A stretch of 26,692 bases of DNA, from positions 1-26,692 of the forward strand of contig JBHLPH010000024.1 of the NCBI GenBank assembly GCA_048939625.1. Direction: 5' to 3'. The notes beneath the pieces were generated by a model that made no database searches, was not told the DNA's origin, and was given only the letters and a program-made list of their open reading frames with translations. Position numbers and translations under genes: made by a program. The DNA is from Promethearchaeota archaeon. GTDB taxonomy: Archaea; Asgardarchaeota; Hermodarchaeia; Hermodarchaeales; Hermodarchaeaceae. This document shows positions 9,611 to 16,450 of the stretch, piece by piece. Positions within the stretch are counted from its first letter, which is position 1. Each line of letters starts with the position of its first letter.

Positions 9611-9808
9611 CTAATTACTAGTAAGGAGTAGCGCTTCCAGGGTCAAGAGGTAAAGGAAGCAGATTACAAGAACCCAAGCGATTTCGGGAAGAGTAACGGC
9701 ACAGACTACACAACTGGTACCCAAGATGATGAGGACTATGAGGAGGAGCCGCGAGATGGCTCTATTTTCAACAGGCTTATACAATTGGTCTTTTCCCGAA
9801 GTTTTCAT
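9611..9808 (-). CDS. Small two-TM hypothetical protein (65 aa)
   Basis: Two hydrophobic segments. GAGGGATGTGA upstream of ATG. Confidence 0.55.
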   Translation of the reverse strand: MKTSGKDQLYKPVENRAISRLLLIVLIILGTSCVVCAVTLPEIAWVLVICFLYLLTLEALLLTSN

Positions 9809-9866
9809 TTTTTCACATCCCTCAAGGATATCTAGAAAATGCGGGATTATAAAATTACTGAAAACG

Positions 9867-9900
9867 ACGCGTAGGATGCGTCTAGGGAGGTCCTATGCGT
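9867..9900 (-). terminator. Hairpin downstream of the 58-aa ORF
   Basis: ACGCGTAGGA ... TCCTATGCGT (9/10 inverted match), followed on the minus strand by CGTTTT. Confidence 0.35.
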
Positions 9901-9912
9901 ATCCTGTTGAGT

Positions 9913-10089
9913 TCACTTTTTTTGCTCAGCACTATTTATGGAGGCGCTGAGCTTCACTTTACCGTCTTTTTCGTCGAGTTCGACGATGATCTGGGCTTCA
10001 ACCTTTTTGGTTTGACCGGTTTGGATGGGTAGGAGCATAAGCTCGGCGATGCCGTCCAATAGTGCATTATCATCTGCTTCGGCACTCAT
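9913..10089 (-). CDS. Small hypothetical protein (58 aa) divergent from xerA, not in the ORF track
   Basis: Hand translation: MSAEADDNALLDGIAELMLLPIQTGQTKKVEAQIIVELDEKDGKVKLSASINSAEQKK. GGGGTGATGTG RBS directly before ATG. Confidence 0.7.
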   Translation of the reverse strand: MSAEADDNALLDGIAELMLLPIQTGQTKKVEAQIIVELDEKDGKVKLSASINSAEQKK

Positions 10090-10424
10090 CACATCACCCC
10101 GCTGGCGACGTTGTTACTCTTTTTGTTTTTACCGATTTTTCCCTAAGAAGTCTGGTATTACACCGTATTTAAACCTGAAAGCGTTGCGAAACTCGAAATG
10201 AAGACATGTCAGTAGCCAGAAGCCGGTTCGCTAAGTTATGAGGGGATTTCCATGATTCTGTCACGATTTTACGTCATTGAAGCGTAAACGCCCCGCTAAG
10301 AGCTTGAAATAGCAAGTGGGATACGGAAAACGTTCAACCCTCACATGCATTTTGGTATTACCAGCGATTAAATTTCAGGCACAAGTGAGGATGTTTGTCA
10401 ATTGATACCTAGGTGAACTTGATC

Positions 10425-11360
10425 ATGGGTGCTGAAGGTCTGGCCTTTCAATCTCCTCCGAATCCAATTCGAATGCTTGTTAATGAAGCGATTGATCGCT
10501 TCACAGAATATGTTGCTATTGAACGCGGTGGAAGTCACAAAACTTCCCGGGTATACCGTTATGATTTAGAGATGTTTTTCAAGTACATTGGGGTACCTCC
10601 CCAACAAGTACAGTCGCATCATGTCCGGATGTTTTTAGGGCATCTAAAAACAGATAAAGGTTATTCGAATGCGTCGCTGCGACGAAAGCTTGCTTGCTTG
10701 CGGTCCTTTTTCCGATTCCTCTATAATGAAGAAATCGTGTTAGCAGATCCGACTAGAGGTATTGCCACACCCAAACTAGGTCAACGACTTCCCCGCACAA
10801 TTACGCCTGAAGAAATCAATCGGTTGCTTTGGGCATCCCGAAACTCGGAAAAGAACGCAATCCGGACTCACACCATTTTCCAAGTGCTTTATAGCACAGG
10901 AGCCCGTGTTTCAGAACTTTGTGGCATCAACGTTGAAGATATTGACTTTGCTGAAGGAACCATCCGTGTCCGTGGGAAAGGCAATAAGGAACGAATCGTG
11001 CTGTTGACAGTTCCTGCCATGAATGCGATTATTGAATACTTGCAGTTCCGTCCTGCTGAGGGACCGCTCTTCTTGAACCGGCGGGGTCAGCGGCTTTCAC
11101 CGTTAACAGTACAGCGGACGGTAAGAGAGGTTGCGAATCGCGCGGGGATCACTTCGAAGGTAACTCCACACGCTCTACGACATTCCTTTGCCACCCACAT
11201 GCTAGAACGAGGAGCTGACGTACGGGTTTTACAGGAACTCCTTGGACATTCGAACCTAGCGACCACGCAGATTTACACCCACGTCACTTTAGCCCATGAA
11301 CGGGCGGTGTTTCACCGTACCCACCCATTTGCCGAAACTGATCCGGAAGGAGCCTATTAA
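10425..11360 (+). CDS. xerA: XerA/XerC-D family tyrosine recombinase
   Basis: SAM-like N-terminal domain and complete catalytic set: TGARVSEL (R), GKGNK (K), HALRH, LLGH, TTQIY (Y). No IntI insertion. ATG 10425 follows AGGTGA. Confidence 0.92.
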   Translation: MGAEGLAFQSPPNPIRMLVNEAIDRFTEYVAIERGGSHKTSRVYRYDLEMFFKYIGVPPQQVQSHHVRMFLGHLKTDKGYSNASLRRKLACLRSFFRFLYNEEIVLADPTRGIATPKLGQRLPRTITPEEINRLLWASRNSEKNAIRTHTIFQVLYSTGARVSELCGINVEDIDFAEGTIRVRGKGNKERIVLLTVPAMNAIIEYLQFRPAEGPLFLNRRGQRLSPLTVQRTVREVANRAGITSKVTPHALRHSFATHMLERGADVRVLQELLGHSNLATTQIYTHVTLAHERAVFHRTHPFAETDPEGAY

Positions 11361-11374
11361 CCCATTTGTACCGC

Positions 11375-11421
11375 GGAGAGCTAGAGTAGTTGTGGACTCT
11401 AGCTCTCCAACATACTTTTTT
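11375..11421 (+). terminator. Perfect 13-bp stem-loop plus T-tract after xerA
   Basis: GGAGAGCTAGAGT-agttgtgg-ACTCTAGCTCTCC followed by AACATACTTTTTT. Confidence 0.7.
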
Positions 11422-11694
11422 CGATTCCTGTGTAAATTGGAGAATATGAGCTGCTAGGCTGTTATATGTGAAAAATAAGTATATTCGAGTGTCGATAATT
11501 TGCACTATATTGTTAAAGTATTCGATGGGAGGAAAATAAGTGACGTGCCCCTTATGTTATGTTTAGTTGCTAAATTATTAATCATTAATTTAAGCTAATT
11601 ATCAACATAAATATTAAATGATAATAATCATAAACATCGAGTTGATATATGCGACTCATAGAAAATAAGTGAGATTGTTGAGATTAGGTTAGTA

Positions 11695-11721
11695 TTTTGA
11701 TATAACATATTTATGTTAATC
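11695..11721 (+). other. Candidate dif-like Xer site
   Basis: TTTTGATATAA-catat-TTATGTTAATC. The arms resemble archaeal dif left arms and the bacterial XerD arm TTATGTTAAAT, but the spacer is 5 bp rather than 6. Confidence 0.35.
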
Positions 11722-11856
11722 TAATGCAATAATAGTATAGATAATAATTTGAAATTTTATATTGATTTAATCTTATTTTGCTTAACTTTCAATAAAATCT
11801 TAGCTTTTAAGAGGATGCGACTCCCAACTACTATCAGAATCACCTTCGTGACCGAC

Positions 11857-12441
11857 ATGTCGGAAATCCTTACCATTGATCAGCTCATTCGTACTATGAG
11901 ACGAAGTTCCGACTCGATGGAACGCGCCCAAGCAGCTCGTGGGATTGGACATCTTAAGGACCCTGAAGCCGTGGATGCCCTCCTAGAGACACTTGGAGAC
12001 TCTGACTATGAGGTCCGCCAAGCAGCGATTTGGGCGTTAGAACAAATCCGAGATGAACATATGGTTGAGGAGTTAATTGAGGACTTGAATCATTTAGACC
12101 CAGATGTCCGTCGCGGAGTGGCCTATGTTCTTGGAGAAATTGGTGATCGGCAGGCGGTCATTCCCCTATGCAATGCTTTGAAAGATGAGAACTTGTATGT
12201 ACGAAAAACGGCGATCGAGTCCCTGGCAGCCATTGGTGATTGGAAAGCCATCGACCCCATTATAAGCCGGCTAAAGGATGATGATTTGTACGTGCGCCAG
12301 GCTGCTGCTGTTGCCTTGGGAGAAATGGGAGAGATGCGTGCAGAAGAACCGCTTCAACAACTCCTCCAGACTGAAAAAGAATTCATTGTTAGACATGCCA
12401 TTAAGGTTGCTTTAGCCCGTCTTGCTGGTGGAGATACCTGA
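11857..12441 (+). CDS. HEAT/PBS-lyase repeat protein
   Basis: About six repeats of L.D.D..VR..AA.ALGEIGD..AV.PL. ATG 11857 preferred over the AT-rich upstream extension. Confidence 0.9.
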   Translation: MSEILTIDQLIRTMRRSSDSMERAQAARGIGHLKDPEAVDALLETLGDSDYEVRQAAIWALEQIRDEHMVEELIEDLNHLDPDVRRGVAYVLGEIGDRQAVIPLCNALKDENLYVRKTAIESLAAIGDWKAIDPIISRLKDDDLYVRQAAAVALGEMGEMRAEEPLQQLLQTEKEFIVRHAIKVALARLAGGDT

Positions 12442-13045
12442 TTTCAGTTGTAAACCGCATTGGAGTTTTTTACTTCAACGGATTCTATAAATCACCCTGA
12501 TTAATTGTAGGAAGCTTAGCATAAAAATTTTGTTTATCTCTAGTTAATTTATCAGGCTTAGAATTATTAGTAAAATATCATAATTGAATATACCATTATT
12601 ATTTATAATTATATCATTATTTTTATTATATACGTCTTTTGTATAAATTTTTCTTTATACCGAAAGTGAGTGATATTTATTTTGTTCAGATTATAGCTTG
12701 AAAAATTAATGCAGGTTTTAATTAAAATTACGTTTTAAATATTCGTTTCAGAGAAAACAACTGAGCCAAAATAATAGTGTTGCAATTTTACTATTTTTTT
12801 AATAATATCGTATAAAATTACAAAGAATGATTAATTAAAAATGCTTTTGACCTATTATAGGACATGCTTTGCTTATTTCTAAAACGTGCCAAATCACTCT
12901 AACACTCCATCATTCCCAGTGGATCAAAGCTCAATTGCTATAGTAGCTGAATGTTTTACATTGACAAAGATAAAAACAATACTCAGAGAGATAAAGTCCC
13001 CCTGAGCGTTGGATAATAAGAGGAGAGGGAGGTCGTAATCTCGTG

Positions 13046-14902
13046 TTACATTATCTTGGTCCCACAGGCGGGACAGAAACTGACGCCAGGTGGAACCAGT
13101 GCACCACAGTTAAAACATGTTGTTTCAGGGTAATCTTTGGCGGGAGCATCGTATTCATCAGGGGGTGGAGGAAGCTCTTCGGGAGGCGGTTCGGCTTTAG
13201 GTGGAGGTGCAGGTGATGGTTGTGAGGGGCTAGGACCACCACGTGGGAAAATACCAAGAACTCCTTTGATGAGCCAAATCAGAGCATAAATTGCGATGAT
13301 AAGGATGATCAAAATTACTGGAATTGACCAGGGAATATCTCGCATAATGGTGAGAATAAAGTCGATGAGGCTGCCATAGAGTACCGTCAGGAGTGCTTCA
13401 TTACTTGATTTATACCAAACTCGGCTTAAAGCATCTTCGAAGGATACATTCGTTCTCAGAGCAATATAGCTGCCTTCTCCGAATACGCGGATTTGGTAAG
13501 TATGGTTGACACTGTTACCAGGAGTGATTGAGCTCCAGTTCGCTGTAAGACTCCCAGTAACAGACACTTCACCATAGGTGTAGCCTTGGTATAGAATCCA
13601 GCTTTGAGAATCATCCAGATTCACATTATAGACAGTTTGAGTTGGATCGATGTTTTCTAAGGTGATTGTGACTTCAGCAGTACCACCCGCAATAATGGGT
13701 GTTGTTATTGATTTAGTAACGCTGAGTCCAGGTGGAAAGTCACCTTCAAAATTAACGATGATATTCGAAACACTTGAATCATTCAACCAGTGTCCTGTGG
13801 ATCGAATGACCATGGGACCTTCTGGGCCCGTTGTGTTTACCATGTCAGTTGGAGTGTAAGAAGTGATGTTAACCCCCGCAGGAAAGAGCATCGTGAATTC
13901 AAAGGCTTCGAGTGTGGTTCCTAATTCGATGTTTCCTGTGTGTCCTGTGAACGCATTCACATCAAAGGTTTGCTCGGTTGTCCCGAAGAATTTGTCTCGG
14001 TGTTGGCTGCCCCAAGCAGCGAAGGTTATCGCTTCGGGTATTTGCATGACCGATTTCATCGGTAGTGGTGAAGGACTGCTGCCCATGACCGCAAGGTTGA
14101 TGAATCCAGATAATCCGATTCCACCGATGGAATCTTCAGCCAAAGTGCTGGTGACGAGTTCAGTTCCACCATTTCGAGATTCCCCGAGATTTTCCATATA
14201 CGATTGAAATTGGTTTCTTCCCTGGATGGCGACGGGATCCTCACTGGGCACCCCATAGAACCCATAAGCTTCTAACCCAAGTGTCATATTGGAAATAGGG
14301 AGTGAAAGACCAAAGATTCGTTCAAATGGTGTAGCTAAAGTTGTCTCGAATTCCAGGTGAATGGCATGCCCCCAGTTTTGAATCTCTGTGGGACTCCCAC
14401 CCATAAAGACCATGAGGATGGCATTGGGAGGAAGCATGTCAAGAATTTCGTAGAGCATATCGATTTCTGCGCCACCACCACTTCCGCTGTCATTTGTAAT
14501 GATACTTAGAAGCCCATCAAGTACTGTTTGATATTCACCCCATCGGAAAATGGAGAGAGCTAACAGGCATTCTTGGTAAGGTGGAGCAGAAGTCGTATAA
14601 TCACCAACATCACCAACAGCCATGATGGTGCTGGTCATGGAGCCATCGGGATTGACAACAAATGCGGTGAGGTCTGCTTCACCTTCCAGAGTGAAATTCT
14701 GGGCGCGCATAGGAGCGTGATAAGGCGCAGTCTGGAAAACCATGGATTCCGAATATGTGGTTGTACGCAAGCCTACAGGATGATATGCAGTGAGAGGTAA
14801 GACAAATCCACTCATTATGAAAAGGAAAGAGAGAGTGGTTGCAAGCAGCGTATACTGTATTTTTCGGTTGAATGTGATTTGATGAGTTTGTATTCGTTTC
14901 AT
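13046..14902 (-). CDS. Membrane-anchored surface protein with TRAP-beta/BatD-like Ig domain, TM, Pro-rich linker and C-terminal Zn ribbon
   Basis: N-terminal signal/TM, many N-x-S/T sequons, LSVTKS...VTGSLTANWSSITPGNSVNHTY domain, TM, PPPEELPPPPDE, CFNCG...FCPACG. Confidence 0.75.
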   Translation of the reverse strand: MKRIQTHQITFNRKIQYTLLATTLSFLFIMSGFVLPLTAYHPVGLRTTTYSESMVFQTAPYHAPMRAQNFTLEGEADLTAFVVNPDGSMTSTIMAVGDVGDYTTSAPPYQECLLALSIFRWGEYQTVLDGLLSIITNDSGSGGGAEIDMLYEILDMLPPNAILMVFMGGSPTEIQNWGHAIHLEFETTLATPFERIFGLSLPISNMTLGLEAYGFYGVPSEDPVAIQGRNQFQSYMENLGESRNGGTELVTSTLAEDSIGGIGLSGFINLAVMGSSPSPLPMKSVMQIPEAITFAAWGSQHRDKFFGTTEQTFDVNAFTGHTGNIELGTTLEAFEFTMLFPAGVNITSYTPTDMVNTTGPEGPMVIRSTGHWLNDSSVSNIIVNFEGDFPPGLSVTKSITTPIIAGGTAEVTITLENIDPTQTVYNVNLDDSQSWILYQGYTYGEVSVTGSLTANWSSITPGNSVNHTYQIRVFGEGSYIALRTNVSFEDALSRVWYKSSNEALLTVLYGSLIDFILTIMRDIPWSIPVILIILIIAIYALIWLIKGVLGIFPRGGPSPSQPSPAPPPKAEPPPEELPPPPDEYDAPAKDYPETTCFNCGALVPPGVSFCPACGTKIM

Positions 14903-14922
14903 AATGGTAATCTCCAGTTTAG

Positions 14923-15558
14923 CTACCTGTCGACGGGTATCAGTAACCGTCCGATGAAACCTCCAATCATCATTGTTATGAGTAAGATGATGAAATTTAG
15001 AACCGCAGGCAGAACAATCGTGTTCAAAAGAAATGATTGAAGAAGGGACAATAATGCATTGGGATCAGGAGCCCCTCCACCAAGAAGATCTCCAATACCG
15101 CCTGTAAGGGTGTTGATAAGTGGACCAATTACGGGGGCGTCGAGAATATCAAAGAGAGAAACATTTGGTGGAATATTCGACAACATGGCTAACGGATCAA
15201 TTCCTCCACCTCCAGACAGCAATAATGGAACAACCATTGCTACAATACCGACGATGAGCATGAGGAAGGTTAGCCCGAAAACGAAGATTGCAACGGGTAT
15301 GGCTCCCCAGATGCTTCGGATAAATAATCCAGAAACAATTCCAATTACGGCCCAAATGGCAATGTTCGTTGTGAAGGTGAGAGGATGCGCGAAGATGAGG
15401 AACATGTACATAAGAAAGAACCGGAGCCAAGGACCAAAGTAAGGCGCGAGCCATAAGATGATATTATTGTACTCAACAGGAATCATGAAAAACGCGATTG
15501 TAATCGTAAGAAGAAAGCCTACTGATAGTCCGATAAGTTTTCGTCCCATAAGTCTCAT
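14923..15558 (-). CDS. Hypothetical polytopic membrane protein (211 aa)
   Basis: About five TM helices. Lies 20 nt upstream of the 618-aa gene, probably in the same operon. Confidence 0.75.
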   Translation of the reverse strand: MRLMGRKLIGLSVGFLLTITIAFFMIPVEYNNIILWLAPYFGPWLRFFLMYMFLIFAHPLTFTTNIAIWAVIGIVSGLFIRSIWGAIPVAIFVFGLTFLMLIVGIVAMVVPLLLSGGGGIDPLAMLSNIPPNVSLFDILDAPVIGPLINTLTGGIGDLLGGGAPDPNALLSLLQSFLLNTIVLPAVLNFIILLITMMIGGFIGRLLIPVDR

Positions 15559-15681
15559 TCCTACCTAGCGAGTAGCTACATTTGTCTCTCCAAAACCACA
15601 CCTTTAAGGTTTCTTGCCGATAAAAAGCCCCCAGACATCCTATACGGTTATCTCAATTAAAACGTCCAAAAAATCGCTAAA

Positions 15682-15753
15682 CTATTTCCTTTGTTTCCGA
15701 CGGCGCCGTCGCCGTATTTTCCGGGCACGTTTCTTCTTCCATTTCTTTCGCAT
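15682..15753 (-). CDS. rpl41e: Ribosomal protein eL41 (eS32), not in the ORF track
   Basis: Hand translation MRKKWKKKRARKIRRRRRRKQRK matches the eL41 pattern MRxKWxKKRxRR/KxxRxRRK and size. Confidence 0.88.
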   Translation of the reverse strand: MRKKWKKKRARKIRRRRRRKQRK

Positions 15754-15829
15754 TCTCTGCCCGTCCAGGTTATGTAAATTGGAGAGTTAATTTGGTTATA
15801 CTTTCATAAAAATGATATTAGGCACTGGT

Positions 15830-16426
15830 TTATTTTTCCTTAAGAGATGGTTCTGTGATTGATTTGAGAGGTCCCCACAGAGTACCAAGGGGAAAGATAA
15901 TTTGAAAAATATAGAGAAAAATGAATTGCGAAAGAAACATAACTGTCAGGCGAATTGCTAAAAGTCCAAAGCCGCCGAAGAGAAGTACTATGAGTAGTTC
16001 AATTTGTCCAATGGTTTCAGCAAAGAATTTGGCGGCTGTGAAACCAACGAGATTGACCAAAAACAGTCCAAAACTTAAAATGAATATTAGAAGCATTTGG
16101 ATGCTTCGTCGGAATGCTTTTTCCGCACGACGTTGAAGACCACGGATTTGTTCATCAGAGTTTTGATCAAGACCTTGTGATAGATCCTTGTTAGCTATAT
16201 AATGGCTTACTTCGTAGTCAATCATGAAAATGATGAAGCTAAGACCTACAGAATAGCAAATCACCAGATACATGGTCATTGCTGGACCCCATATAGTGAA
16301 TATTTCGGAAGGGAATTCAAGGAGATAGATAACGACCACAAATAGAAAACCAAGGAGCACACTTACTACTGTGAGCATTGCTTCAAGGTTGATATCAGGT
16401 CGTTGAAGCTTGGTTAGTTGTGTCAT
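15830..16426 (-). CDS. Hypothetical 4-5 TM membrane protein
   Basis: Hydrophobic helices with a charged cytoplasmic loop. ATG 24 nt after the TPR-nitrilase stop, preceded by GGAGAG. Confidence 0.75.
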   Translation of the reverse strand: MTQLTKLQRPDINLEAMLTVVSVLLGFLFVVVIYLLEFPSEIFTIWGPAMTMYLVICYSVGLSFIIFMIDYEVSHYIANKDLSQGLDQNSDEQIRGLQRRAEKAFRRSIQMLLIFILSFGLFLVNLVGFTAAKFFAETIGQIELLIVLLFGGFGLLAIRLTVMFLSQFIFLYIFQIIFPLGTLWGPLKSITEPSLKEK

Positions 16427-16450
16427 GGTTCGTCTCTCCAGATTTTCTTT

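Noticed and set aside
10299-10317. AGAGCTTGAAATAGCAAGT matches 18/19 nt of the SpCas9 sgRNA scaffold (AGAGCTAGAAATAGCAAGT)
   Set aside because: The scaffold junction is synthetic, the flanks (GTTTT, TAAAATAAGG) are absent, and there are no cas genes or repeats. Treated as coincidence within a natural hairpin.
10425-11360. Integron integrase with a cassette array in 6694-10089
   Set aside because: The recombinase lacks the IntI-specific insertion between GKGNK and HALRH, and no recurring attC sites (RYYYAAC...GTTRRRY) were seen between the small genes.
11749-11856. N-terminal extension of the second HEAT gene (and similarly 5747-5857 for the first)
   Set aside because: The extensions run through non-coding promoter-like sequence, and the repeats begin at the downstream starts.
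12905-12930. CCCAGTGGA resembling an archaeal ORB element
   Set aside because: Single partial match with no G-string, no repeats and no orc1/cdc6 gene in the window.
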